A stretch of 61,400 nucleotides of DNA from a virus (IMGVR_UViG_3300043414_000472:1-61400); one strand, 5' to 3'. Shown: positions 11,046-20,206, counted from the first letter of the stretch. Notes: generated by a model from the letters alone, not told the origin. Numbers and translations: made by a program.

Positions 11046-12764
11046 TTATTGTGGGGTAAACTTCTTAGAAAGTCCTGCTTCTCTACTGATAGCAATACGT
11101 TCTTTAGTCGATAGCTTTTTAAAGTCCTCGTCACTAATCTTCGCACGTCGAGATGCAAGGGCTACCTCTTGTAGTTTCTGTGCATCAGATAAATTCTGTG
11201 CAGATGCCCTTGCATCTGCAAATGCATCACGAGCTTCTCCAACTAACTTTCCTGTAGCATATGAAGTTCCAACAGGATTGAAGAACCCTTGAATACCTGA
11301 CTCAAGTGCACTTTTTCCTGCTGCTTGTTTTAGTTCATCTACACGTTGTTTGCGTAAATCTTCATCTGTAGCTAAACGATATCCTTCTATACCCATTGTA
11401 GCTACATCAGCAATGCCAGAAACCTTACCTAAGCCCTTAGCTATTCTACCACCAACAGAAGCGTACTTACCATACTTGCCTGCCACTTTAGCTAAGTCCG
11501 CAGCTTCTGTTGCATACTTACCTGATCTACTTGCGAGGGCAGGTACTGTACTCTCAAGAGCAGCTTGAGTTTCTTTAGCAGTCTTAACAGCAGTATCGGA
11601 TGCTCCTTTTGCTTTAGCAGCATAATCCATAAAGGGTTTAGCTTCAAGTTTGAGGTCGGAAATAGAACTAAGTCGTTTTAGTTCTTCGGCATCTCTTGCT
11701 GCCTCTCCTGCTGTAACAATACCTTTTGCAACATTCGATGCTCTCTTAGCGGACTCTGCTTCTTTCAATGCCGCACTAGCTGCTTTATTAAGGGTATCGG
11801 ATTCACCTAAAGCAGCGGTAATTTTACCCTCAATTAAGTCTGATTTTGCAAGAGTATTAAGACTTTTCTTAGCAATTTGTTCTCCTTCTTTTGCTAACGA
11901 AGCGGAACCCTTGCTACCAAAATAGCTTGTAGCTAAACCTGTTTTGACAAGATTACGGGCAATGTCATTACCAGTTACATTTGAGTCATTACTAACTCCA
12001 GTTGGTGTTGATTCAGTTGCTGCACTCGTAGTTCCCGTAACTGCTTTTGGTGTTCCAGCTACAGTTTTGTCTGTAGCTTTAGGAGTAAATGGAGTGGTTA
12101 TTGAGTTTGGATTATAACTATCACCACCCATTAAACCAGCCGTAATCTCTTGTGCTCGTTTTGTATCCTTTGCAGCGGACGCAGCCCTATCACTAACTCC
12201 TTTTAGGATTTTTTCGTTAGTTGCGTCAATCATGCTCTGGGCATCGTTTTGGCTAAGGCCTGATGCCATACCTGCACGCAATGCACGAGCTTTACCAGCA
12301 GCAGTTTGCAGCGCACTCGTCTCATTTAGTCTGCTACTTTGATCAAGTTGGGACTGAAAATCATTAGTGTCTTTCGGGAGTGGAGCCTCGCCTCTAAGTT
12401 TACGAAGAGCCTGTTGCGTATCGAAGGTTGACTTGTCCCCGTAAGTTTTGAACCGACCTAAGTCTGATTCACCACCTAATTGTTTCTGGCGTTGAGATTC
12501 TTGGTATGCCATCCTATCAAGTCTTGGAGTAGAAGAACCAATACCTGAACCTAAGGCATTGGCTTTTGCTTCTTCTTCACTCATGCCGCTGTTAATAGCT
12601 TCTTGATAGATACTCTGCAAACGTAGCTCTTCTTGACGCTTTTTAACATCCTCCGCATTGGGGTTATTTGCGCCGTACGCAGCATCGTTGTAAGAGCGTC
12701 TTGCCTCACGCTCAGAAGAGGCGATAGCTTTCTCTTGTTGATTTTTAAATTGATTGCCAGCCAT
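11046..12764 (-). CDS. Probable internal virion (ejection) protein, 572 aa
   Basis: Ala/Gly/Lys-rich, coiled-coil-like, Gly-rich hydrophobic segment; same operon as the giant gene. Confidence 0.55.
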   Translation of the reverse strand: MAGNQFKNQQEKAIASSEREARRSYNDAAYGANNPNAEDVKKRQEELRLQSIYQEAINSGMSEEEAKANALGSGIGSSTPRLDRMAYQESQRQKQLGGESDLGRFKTYGDKSTFDTQQALRKLRGEAPLPKDTNDFQSQLDQSSRLNETSALQTAAGKARALRAGMASGLSQNDAQSMIDATNEKILKGVSDRAASAAKDTKRAQEITAGLMGGDSYNPNSITTPFTPKATDKTVAGTPKAVTGTTSAATESTPTGVSNDSNVTGNDIARNLVKTGLATSYFGSKGSASLAKEGEQIAKKSLNTLAKSDLIEGKITAALGESDTLNKAASAALKEAESAKRASNVAKGIVTAGEAARDAEELKRLSSISDLKLEAKPFMDYAAKAKGASDTAVKTAKETQAALESTVPALASRSGKYATEAADLAKVAGKYGKYASVGGRIAKGLGKVSGIADVATMGIEGYRLATDEDLRKQRVDELKQAAGKSALESGIQGFFNPVGTSYATGKLVGEARDAFADARASAQNLSDAQKLQEVALASRRAKISDEDFKKLSTKERIAISREAGLSKKFTPQ

Positions 12765-12775
12765 AGTAGTTTGGA

Positions 12776-12904
12776 TTATTTGTAGTAGCCTTTTTTATTC
12801 CCACCACCATAAGGAGTAACAGGCGCAGGTGCTTGGTACTGGTAAGGGTTTGCAGCCATGCCTGCTCTATTAGCAGCAGCAATTTGCTTGAGGTAGTTTA
12901 CCAT
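12776..12904 (-). CDS. Small hypothetical protein, 42 aa (MVNYLKQIAAANRAGMAANPYQYQAPAPVTPYGGGNKKGYYK)
   Basis: Fills the gap between two co-oriented genes; below the ORF-track cutoff. Confidence 0.5.
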   Translation of the reverse strand: MVNYLKQIAAANRAGMAANPYQYQAPAPVTPYGGGNKKGYYK

Positions 12905-12910
12905 TGCTTG

Positions 12911-13435
12911 TTATTTTTCAGGAGTATCCATAGAGCCTTTAGCATACGTAATACCACCATTCATTTTTGGGTTAAAGTATTGCTTTGACTCAATGAGTTT
13001 AACATTACGCTCTGCCTGTGATGCAAGGTTCTCCCTTTGAAACTGCTTCACACCACTATCAACAATCCCACCAGCATAGGCTTCGTCCTGTCCAAAAGCT
13101 TTATTTCGTAGTCCACCGTAATCAGCCTTCTCTTGCATCGGTTGCAGACGGAGACCTGATTGAAACTGTGCAGTGCCTAACTGAGATTTAGAGATCTGCT
13201 CTTGCGTCCTATATGGGTTCGTAGCAATGGTCATACCATACTCCGAATTTGTAGCTGCGGTTTTAAGTGGGTTAGTATTACCTAAAAATTGAGCGTTAAG
13301 CTCATCAATCTTTTTCTTAGGGTCATAACCACTACCACTTATTGTCATACCATTATTGGAGTATTGTGTAGGGTACGGCTGTGCGTAGTTCTTAAAGTAC
13401 GTGGGTTGCGTTGAAGTTGATGCCGAAGTAGCCAT
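12911..13435 (-). CDS. Probable virion protein, ~174 aa
   Basis: Gln/Asn/Tyr/Gly-rich ORF in the ejection-protein operon; start taken at MATSAS. Confidence 0.5.
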   Translation of the reverse strand: MATSASTSTQPTYFKNYAQPYPTQYSNNGMTISGSGYDPKKKIDELNAQFLGNTNPLKTAATNSEYGMTIATNPYRTQEQISKSQLGTAQFQSGLRLQPMQEKADYGGLRNKAFGQDEAYAGGIVDSGVKQFQRENLASQAERNVKLIESKQYFNPKMNGGITYAKGSMDTPEK

Positions 13436-13450
13436 AATCAAATATAAGTG

Positions 13451-13741
13451 TTACCAGTTGTAGTGGCAAGCCCACCACTTAGGGGTTGTTTTATCATTCT
13501 CCGATGAACAGTTCATGCGAGACTTGAAATTAGCGCGACGTTTGGTGTCATGGTGTTGCAAGAAATCTTGATAGCCCCTTTGCCCAAACTTAACTTTGGC
13601 GACCTTAGAGCCATCTTTGGCGAGCACTACGTACTTCTTAGGGTCGCCTGCAGGTGCCTTCTTTGGTTTATTGAAACCAGCAAAGAGTTCTCCGTGGTAT
13701 TTGATCTTACCATCTGGGGTTCTTTTGAATTGAGTCGGCAC
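13451..13741 (-). CDS. Small basic phage protein (DUF5754-like)
   Basis: KKYVV..KVKFGQRGYQDF..H.D..RR..F..R..C....T..WWA motif resembles a widespread viral family. Confidence 0.55.
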   Translation of the reverse strand: MPTQFKRTPDGKIKYHGELFAGFNKPKKAPAGDPKKYVVLAKDGSKVAKVKFGQRGYQDFLQHHDTKRRANFKSRMNCSSENDKTTPKWWACHYNW

Positions 13742-13748
13742 TCACGAA

Positions 13749-13777
13749 ATATTGCACCAGTCAAATCAAAATAGCAA
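13749..13777 (-). promoter_or_regulatory. Sigma70-like promoter, probably leaderless
   Basis: TTGCTA-17-CAATAT-7 nt-GTG(13741). Confidence 0.4.
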
Positions 13778-13827
13778 GCAATTATTTTATCCTGTACCTT
13801 GTATCCTGAATCTTGTACGATCCATCA

Positions 13828-14118
13828 GTGGTTCCGAAGAGCGTTCAAATTGCAGGATACAGGATTCCGATTCGGATAAAGGATCTGAGCGGAGATCCGT
13901 ACGGGCAATACTTGCCTGATAAGAAAGTCATCGAACTGGATAAGGGTACGGTTAAGGACAAGAAACTCTTACGCGAAACACTTCGGCACGAAATGGTTGA
14001 GGCAGCGTTGTTCATCTCAGGCGTAAGCTGGAGCGAAAGCTACGAGCAGGAGCCTATCGTTCGCGCCCTCGATGAAATCTTTTGGCCTGCTTGGGATAAG
14101 GTCTCAGGCAAGCTCTGA
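13828..14118 (+). CDS. Small zincin-like protein with degenerate metal motif (HEMVE)
   Basis: YGQY...IEL...RETLRHEMVEAAL...EQEPIV resembles phage minimal zincins; TACGAT -10 six nt before GTG 13828. Confidence 0.6.
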   Translation: MVPKSVQIAGYRIPIRIKDLSGDPYGQYLPDKKVIELDKGTVKDKKLLRETLRHEMVEAALFISGVSWSESYEQEPIVRALDEIFWPAWDKVSGKL

Positions 14119-14136
14119 AAATTTCCGATACAGGAT

Positions 14137-14277
14137 ACCTTATAAGTATTCTCTCCTTTAGGTAATTCATATTAACTCAATAATTCAGTTCTTTTAATCT
14201 CCTTTGGATTACTGAATTATTATGAATTACACTACTTTGAGAAACTCTTCAGATTTTCCTGCCGTGTAGTAAAGTCC
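14137..14277. repeat. ~140-bp AT-rich iteron/hairpin element, copy 1 (candidate origin or ncRNA)
   Basis: Direct repeat of 49122-49261; identical 31-bp block at 14236-14266; inverted TGAATTAY pairs. Confidence 0.85.
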
Positions 14278-14288
14278 ATTTGAAGGAC

Positions 14289-16100
14289 TCAATCGTAGAT
14301 CATTTGCGAGTGTTTTGACCTGCTTACGATGTCGAGATCTTTGAGCGTTCTTGGCTGGCGACTGCCGAATACCGACATATCATTCTTCTTCGGTGGGTCC
14401 ACTGCAACCATTCCGTGCCTCTGTCTTGCCAGATCGAGTGCAATGAACGCTGCGTCCGCGATGTCAGGCGACTGGCCTGAACGCTGTTTGAGTTCCGCTT
14501 TGGTCTCAACCTTCACCTTCAACGTGCCTGACTTGACCATATCGTAGCGTCTCGTGCACATTTCCTTTGCAAGATCCGCATTGATCCCACAGATCTGTTG
14601 TGTCCGCATGAACTCTTTGCCAACGAACCAAAGCTCTGATACCCTATTGGTGTATAGCTCTTCTCCAATAAGTTGACTATTCATGCTAACCCGACGTTCC
14701 GATGCCTTGCCACCGAACTGCACGCGCAAGAACTGATCTGACCACTCGCCTGCAAGTACATCACAAAACGGCGAACCTGCGCCTGTTGAGTCAATCGCTA
14801 CGTTTTCAGGTTTGATGCCCAACTTAAGGCAGTGATCTCTGATTTGATGCACGATCTGGTACGTTCGCGGCACAGCTTTATTTGTCGTGTCATCGTTTAG
14901 TGTGATGTAGTTCTCAAACTTTAAGCCGTATTGTCCGTTAGTGAACGTGCCTACCCTTGCCATGTACATTACCGTTCTGTCCCCCCCGTTTGTGAAGGCT
15001 GGATCGACTCCTGCAATCAACGTCGTAGGCCCACTGAACTCCCATGACTTCGTTGCGCCTGACTTGATCATCTCCGCTTCTCCGTAGATGCCTTCGTTCT
15101 CATCAGAGTCAAAGAAGACGGCACGAACCATTCGATAGTACGCCCTACTCGTCTCACCTAAGAGGGCTTTATCCTCCTCAATCTTTTCGATTGTAGGTAA
15201 GAATGGGTAAAGAATCTGTCCTGCAAGTACGTTAGGGCTACGTTCTCCATCGAGTCGGATGTACTTGCCGCCCCACTTTGTGACCCACTCGTCGTCTACT
15301 TCAGGCGTAACAGAGTCCCATCCATCTTTTGGCGTACTCCAGTCACCGAATGCGTCAAAGCGACTGGACGGGTTACTCGCGCCTTTGAACTCAAAGCGAG
15401 GGTTCTTACTCAAGTTGGCGAGTGCCGCCTGCTTAATGGCTGGCGAGAGTTCGCCCAACTCGTCACCAATCAGAATAACGTGTTTCTGCTTAAGACCAAT
15501 GAACTTGCCAATAGCCTCTCTCGTGCGACTCTTTTCCGCTGCAATCAATGATAAGCCTGCCCTGTCGAAGGTCTGCCCATTCTCGTCAACGTAGTTTGCA
15601 GAACCAATCGAGTCCCGAATGTTGATCGGTGCTCCGTCAATGACGGACAGCAAAGAGATCACGGAACCCCATACCCGCTTACGAGCCTCACGCAAAGTGG
15701 TCGATGTCATCAAGACTAGCGTGTCCCTCGGAGCGGCAAGCCAACTGATGATCCCATATCCTGCAAGCGTGTGCGATTTGCCTGACGATGCAGCCCCACC
15801 GATTGCAAGATACTTGTTGTTGATGCACTCGTGAACGATCTTGTCTGCCCACGGATGACGGACGAACATATGTTCAGGCAAGTCGTCCTTGTTCCACAGT
15901 AGGTCCGCAACGCGCCAGAAGTAGAACTCCCTTGCCTTCGGTGACGGATGGTTGGCAAAGCCCCACAGCAAAGCGGTGAGCGTACTGGTGATGGGAATCA
16001 GATATCCGCCGACATCCATCTTCTTGCTCACGGAGTCAATCCTCGGCTCCAGTACTGAATTAGTGATCTTATCTGGATTCTGTTTCTTGGGCCTGCCCAT
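14289..16100 (-). CDS. terL: Terminase large subunit, 603 aa
   Basis: Walker A GGAASSGKS, Walker B ILIGDE, coupling motif ASNP, RNase H-fold GVDPA / DSTG / SPDIADA; start reassigned to ATG 16100 from the promoter. Confidence 0.92.
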   Translation of the reverse strand: MGRPKKQNPDKITNSVLEPRIDSVSKKMDVGGYLIPITSTLTALLWGFANHPSPKAREFYFWRVADLLWNKDDLPEHMFVRHPWADKIVHECINNKYLAIGGAASSGKSHTLAGYGIISWLAAPRDTLVLMTSTTLREARKRVWGSVISLLSVIDGAPINIRDSIGSANYVDENGQTFDRAGLSLIAAEKSRTREAIGKFIGLKQKHVILIGDELGELSPAIKQAALANLSKNPRFEFKGASNPSSRFDAFGDWSTPKDGWDSVTPEVDDEWVTKWGGKYIRLDGERSPNVLAGQILYPFLPTIEKIEEDKALLGETSRAYYRMVRAVFFDSDENEGIYGEAEMIKSGATKSWEFSGPTTLIAGVDPAFTNGGDRTVMYMARVGTFTNGQYGLKFENYITLNDDTTNKAVPRTYQIVHQIRDHCLKLGIKPENVAIDSTGAGSPFCDVLAGEWSDQFLRVQFGGKASERRVSMNSQLIGEELYTNRVSELWFVGKEFMRTQQICGINADLAKEMCTRRYDMVKSGTLKVKVETKAELKQRSGQSPDIADAAFIALDLARQRHGMVAVDPPKKNDMSVFGSRQPRTLKDLDIVSRSKHSQMIYD

Positions 16101-16107
16101 ACGATTG

Positions 16108-16158
16108 ACCCTACCAAAATAAAAAAGGTTTGACAAGTAATTGTTTTTGCGTTTATCT
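16108..16158. promoter_or_regulatory. Back-to-back divergent promoters sharing one -35 element
   Basis: Minus: TTGTCA-17-TAGGGT-7-ATG(16100); plus: TTGACA(16130-35)-17-TTATCT then ATG 16168. Confidence 0.55.
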
Positions 16159-16167
16159 CGCCTTGCC

Positions 16168-16803
16168 ATGTCAGAAAGTGCTCCAGCACCCAAACGAAAA
16201 GCCATTAAAAAGGTTAAGTCTAAGACACAACAACTTCGGGAAGAAGGAATTGTAAGACGACGCAAAGAAGCTGAACTCAAACAACGATGCTTTGACCTGT
16301 ACGCTGCTGGCTGGAAGCAAGTACGGATCGCAGAAGAGATGGACATCAGCGTACACCGCATTTGTCGTTGGTTGCAGAAAGCAAATAAGGTTCTAAATAA
16401 GGGGTCAGAGGACAATGAACCTAAACCTGAACCCTTTGAGAAGAATCTGGAAGACGTTACCACTAGCGTGGTTACGGATTCAAGACTCAACGCACGCGAT
16501 GAAGAGCAGCAAACACTTCTGGAAGTTGCTGAGAATCAAGCAAGTCCTTCCGATAAGTATCAAGCCTACGTCGCTGCGTCTGCAATCAAGATGCTACGCG
16601 ACAACCTGATGAATGTCAGAGGTCCGAGGACCGTACGCGAATTGTCGGAGTTGGATCAGCTTATCCGCCGTAACTTAGGCTTGAACCCTAAAGGTGGCAG
16701 CGGTAGCAGTGGCGGACTCTCGATTGATATTTCAATACTCAACAATGCCAAAGCCGCAAACGGCGGATCGAGCGTAGTTGTGGAAGCGGAAGAAATTGAA
16801 TGA
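16168..16803 (+). CDS. HTH DNA-binding protein, possible terminase small subunit
   Basis: LYAAGWKQVRIAEEMDISVHRICRWL helix-turn-helix, then helical region and beta-rich tail; adjacent to terL. Confidence 0.55.
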   Translation: MSESAPAPKRKAIKKVKSKTQQLREEGIVRRRKEAELKQRCFDLYAAGWKQVRIAEEMDISVHRICRWLQKANKVLNKGSEDNEPKPEPFEKNLEDVTTSVVTDSRLNARDEEQQTLLEVAENQASPSDKYQAYVAASAIKMLRDNLMNVRGPRTVRELSELDQLIRRNLGLNPKGGSGSSGGLSIDISILNNAKAANGGSSVVVEAEEIE

Positions 16804-17303
16804 GCGACGTGCAGGTCATCGTAGGTATTGACAACGGCGTGAGCGGTGGCTTGTGTGCCATCAGTAGCTTCGACGGATCTGTCATCGACTTCATTACAAT
16901 GCCGATTGAGAAGGTAGGCGACAAGCCTGAAGTGAGCATCAAGGGCGTTCTGTACTGGCTGGATCAGTTCTCGCCGTTGAGTACTGCCGTTGCCATTGAA
17001 GAGCCGCTGAGGCACGCGAAGTCCTCACAAGCCATGAGGTCCATGAGCATCTCATTTGGCAAGATCATTGGTCTCTGCGAGACGGTACTGTATCCAACAT
17101 ACAGGATACAGGTTAAGGAATGGCAGGATGTCGAGCTAGGCAAGCGTCTTGCAAAGGGACAGACCAAAGTCGTTGCGCTTGCTAAGGCCCAACAATACTG
17201 GCCTGATGAGAACTGGCTTGCTACAAGCAGGAGCAAAGTACCCCATGATGGAATAGTTGACTCTGCGTTAATAGCCCGATACTATCTACACCATAGACAA
17301 TGA
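16800..17303 (+). CDS. RuvC-like Holliday junction resolvase
   Basis: IVGIDNGVSGG, AIEE, HDGIVDSALIA catalytic motifs. Confidence 0.85.
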   Translation: MSDVQVIVGIDNGVSGGLCAISSFDGSVIDFITMPIEKVGDKPEVSIKGVLYWLDQFSPLSTAVAIEEPLRHAKSSQAMRSMSISFGKIIGLCETVLYPTYRIQVKEWQDVELGKRLAKGQTKVVALAKAQQYWPDENWLATSRSKVPHDGIVDSALIARYYLHHRQ

Positions 17304-17533
17304 ACCGACTTTACATCATCGAAGCTCTCTCCGCAATGCTGGAGGACATCTTCCGCCATCCTATCACGTTCCCCTACCGTGAGGAGTTCAGCGCGTTCTT
17401 TGAAGCAGATGAGTTTGACGAGTTTCGTCGGATGGTGCAGCAAGAGTTTGATCTCGACGACAACACTATTGTTGATTCTGCTGAGACTTTTAACGAATTG
17501 ATCGCCCTTTTAGAGGACGAATTATTTTTCTGA
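17300..17533 (+). CDS. Acidic 77-aa protein, ACP-like pattern lacking the phosphopantetheine Ser
   Basis: 20 D/E vs 5 R; FEADEFD..RMVQQEFDL..AETFNELIALLE aligns by eye to ACP helices II-IV. Confidence 0.45.
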   Translation: MNRLYIIEALSAMLEDIFRHPITFPYREEFSAFFEADEFDEFRRMVQQEFDLDDNTIVDSAETFNELIALLEDELFF

Positions 17534-17598
17534 AAAAAAGTATTGACGGTCTGAGACCTGTCTGGTAGTTGGTGGTGCGAAACAAAACACACCACACA

Positions 17599-17811
17599 AT
17601 GTCATTTGGAACTGGAGCAGGAAAAGGGGATTTGCCACGCGCCGTAAAAGGCGAAGCATTCCGTGCCGCATACGATTTGATCAAGAAGCCTGAGCCGCTC
17701 GATGCGTTGCTAGCAAAGTTTGACGAAGCCGTAAACAATCAGGATACTGAACTTGTTGAAGAACTGCACACGCAGATTAAAGCTCACCCATACTATCGCG
17801 GCAAGCCGTGA
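17599..17811 (+). CDS. Hypothetical protein (AGKGDxPR small phage family)
   Basis: GAGKGDLPRAV...FRAAYDLI; upstream TTGACG-17-TAGTTG. Confidence 0.55.
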   Translation: MSFGTGAGKGDLPRAVKGEAFRAAYDLIKKPEPLDALLAKFDEAVNNQDTELVEELHTQIKAHPYYRGKP

Positions 17812-17909
17812 ACCAAACAGCGTTCGACTGGATCGAAGTCACTCCAACCGATAAATGGAGAAACGTATGTCGCTAATCATACACGCTGACCTTCTCATTA
17901 AACAAAAAT

Positions 17910-18146
17910 ATGAACACTACAAACATACCGAAGAGTTTACCAATTAAATGCTGTGATGCAGACTACGAAGCTATTATTGGTTGGATGTCTAAGCAGCCAC
18001 ACCATTCACTTGACGGTTGCGTAAATAGCACCATTCGTTGGTCTTATTATATTTGCGATGAAGGAATGTTTTCAACTATTAAAGTAACTGATAATGGAAC
18101 TAAAGAAGTCTTTACAGTTCCCTTAAGTGATCCTGAAAACTGGTAA
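17910..18146 (+). CDS. Hypothetical protein
   Basis: ORF with A-rich leader in co-oriented cluster. Confidence 0.6.
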   Translation: MNTTNIPKSLPIKCCDADYEAIIGWMSKQPHHSLDGCVNSTIRWSYYICDEGMFSTIKVTDNGTKEVFTVPLSDPENW

Positions 18147-18162
18147 TACACCAAACAAAAAT

Positions 18163-18471
18163 ATGAACATTATCCTAACTAAAGAACAAGAAGATAGCAT
18201 TGTTATAAACCATCAAGAAGCTATTACCACTGCAATTAAAGACGCAGTAGACAAAGAACTTAGCTCAATTAGGAATGACTGGAGAATTCAGGATCAAGTT
18301 CAACAGCTTATACGGAAACAGTTTGGCGATATAATGAACGAAGTCATTGCTGAAAAGCTAAAGGATAGGAAATTAGTAGAAGAGTTAGTTAGCGAAAAGC
18401 TAGCTGCTTCAATCAAAAGTCGCTTAACCAAACAACTGAATGCTTTATCAAAAATAGAAACCCCAACATAA
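18163..18471 (+). CDS. Hypothetical coiled-coil protein
   Basis: ORF; start MNIILTKEQ. Confidence 0.6.
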   Translation: MNIILTKEQEDSIVINHQEAITTAIKDAVDKELSSIRNDWRIQDQVQQLIRKQFGDIMNEVIAEKLKDRKLVEELVSEKLAASIKSRLTKQLNALSKIETPT

Positions 18472-18584
18472 TGAAAGAAGTAATAACATTTGCCCTAATC
18501 TGGATCTTTGCTGCTTTAGTTACAGTTACTCTGTGGCACGCAGCAGTTGGAGGACGTGATGACGATGACTACCCAAAGCTATGA
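18471..18584 (+). CDS. Small membrane protein, 37 aa (MKEVITFALIWIFAALVTVTLWHAAVGGRDDDDYPKL)
   Basis: One hydrophobic helix; translationally coupled on both sides. Confidence 0.5.
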   Translation: MKEVITFALIWIFAALVTVTLWHAAVGGRDDDDYPKL

Positions 18585-18856
18585 ACACACAAAAAGAATG
18601 CTGCGACGAGCCGCGTGGATTTGTAGGAGGCGTGTGCGATTTCTGCGGAGGAGAAGTACAGCCAGAACCTACTGATACACCAGAAATAGTAGAGCAGACA
18701 CTAAAACTGCAACATAGATTACTGTCTAAAAATCCGCGAGTAGTTGGGTACAACTTTAATGATCGCCCTAATGAAGTTTTTAGCACCCATAAGCTATTGC
18801 AAGAACATCGTGGATTTACTGACGAGCAAATGAGACAAACCGTAACCATTTTATGA
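18581..18856 (+). CDS. Hypothetical protein with N-terminal CC...CxxC
   Basis: ORF coupled by ATGA overlaps. Confidence 0.55.
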   Translation: MNTQKECCDEPRGFVGGVCDFCGGEVQPEPTDTPEIVEQTLKLQHRLLSKNPRVVGYNFNDRPNEVFSTHKLLQEHRGFTDEQMRQTVTIL

Positions 18857-19800
18857 ACACACCAAACGATCCAAAAGGCGCAGCAGGCGCACTGAAAACA
18901 CCATTAGGCTTAATCCCATCCTACGCAATGGAACAAACTGCGTGGGTACACAAGTTAGGCTCCGATAAGTACGGGCCTTTTAACTGGCGCAAAACTGGCG
19001 TGTGCGCTTCGACTTACGTCAACGCAATCCTGCGACACTTAAACGCATGGCGTGACGGTGAAACTGTCGATTCTGAATCAGGTATCTCGCATCTGGCACA
19101 CGTTGCCTGTAGCTGTAACATCTTACTTGATGCAGGATTCTGCGGCACGCTACAGGATGACCGTAACATTACGCCTCCTAATACGCCAGCTAGAAAAATG
19201 GATAAGCCTACGCCTATTCCGTACACAGAGTACAGGCTTCTTGAAGTAGGGGAGCCAATTCAAGATGGTGACCAGTTCTATTCCGTAGCATTAGACTACT
19301 GGCTTTTTACAAATATTGGTAATACACTAACCAATACTACTGGTGCGACAAAGTACCGACGCAAAGTCGAGCCAGTTAAAACAGAGTACAGGATTCTTGA
19401 AGTAGGGGAGATCGTGCAGGAAGGCGATGATTACTTCGACGATTACCATAAAGCGTGGATGCCTTCGTGCTATAGAGGCTTAGTTATGAAAGACTCTACC
19501 ACACGAAACCGCCGCAAAGTTGAGCCAGTTGAAGAGCCAGTTCCTATGGACACAGAATACAGGCTTCTTGAAGCAGGAGAAATCGTGCAGGAAGGCGACG
19601 AGTTCTTTTGCCCTCTAGCGAATGAATGGGAGTGTACAAGTAACGCAGGTCAAGTTAACAAATGGGGCGAACCATACCGCCGCAAAGTAGAAGCAAGCAA
19701 CGAGCCTGATCTCTGCACTTGTGGCAGGATCAAGATCAACCACTTCATGTTGGGCCTAATCTGCGAAGACTGCGAAATCCGTTGGCAAGATCCCTATTGA
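18853..19800 (+). CDS. DUF5664 dATP/dGTP diphosphohydrolase-like domain fused to three YRLLExGE repeats and a C-terminal Zn ribbon
   Basis: K.PL.LIP....A.V...G..KYG.FNWR...Y..A..RHL.AW..GE..D.ESG..HLAHVAC; three internal repeats ~19225-19690; CTC...CEDC. Confidence 0.8.
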   Translation: MNTPNDPKGAAGALKTPLGLIPSYAMEQTAWVHKLGSDKYGPFNWRKTGVCASTYVNAILRHLNAWRDGETVDSESGISHLAHVACSCNILLDAGFCGTLQDDRNITPPNTPARKMDKPTPIPYTEYRLLEVGEPIQDGDQFYSVALDYWLFTNIGNTLTNTTGATKYRRKVEPVKTEYRILEVGEIVQEGDDYFDDYHKAWMPSCYRGLVMKDSTTRNRRKVEPVEEPVPMDTEYRLLEAGEIVQEGDEFFCPLANEWECTSNAGQVNKWGEPYRRKVEASNEPDLCTCGRIKINHFMLGLICEDCEIRWQDPY

Positions 19801-19837
19801 TTTTGCTGCACACTAAAATCACTAATTTTACTAAACT

Positions 19838-20206
19838 ATGAAAATACCAGACCCAATTAAAATTAAAGGCCATTACGGCACGCACACTTGTACAGCGATC
19901 CCGCTTTCGGATTCACTGTTCCAGATTAAGTTTGAGGGCAACAGTCCTATACGCTGCGGCGGGTTTGCTAACGATCCAACAGGCAAAGAGGGCTTGAGTT
20001 TCATCGATCCTGCTGGCGGTCCATTTATCGGCGTAGGCTCTATTGCACAGCAGTACCATAAGGACTTGCCGAATCGCCGCATTAAACGGATCGTAAGTAA
20101 CGAAGGCGCAACGCTTATTCACATTGAGTCCGTTGACGACGATCTGGATGAGCCGTTGGGCGTTGCTTGTAACTTAAATGATCCTGACTGCGAAAGCTGC
20201 CAATAG
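19838..20206 (+). CDS. Hypothetical protein (FIDPxGGPFI family) with RNR-like C-terminal tail ACNLNDPDCESCQ
   Basis: Motifs visible in translation. Confidence 0.6.
   Translation: MKIPDPIKIKGHYGTHTCTAIPLSDSLFQIKFEGNSPIRCGGFANDPTGKEGLSFIDPAGGPFIGVGSIAQQYHKDLPNRRIKRIVSNEGATLIHIESVDDDLDEPLGVACNLNDPDCESCQ

Noticed and set aside
16101-16490. 130-aa N-terminal extension of TerL in the ORF track
   Set aside because: Overlaps the plus-strand HTH gene; the promoter supports ATG 16100
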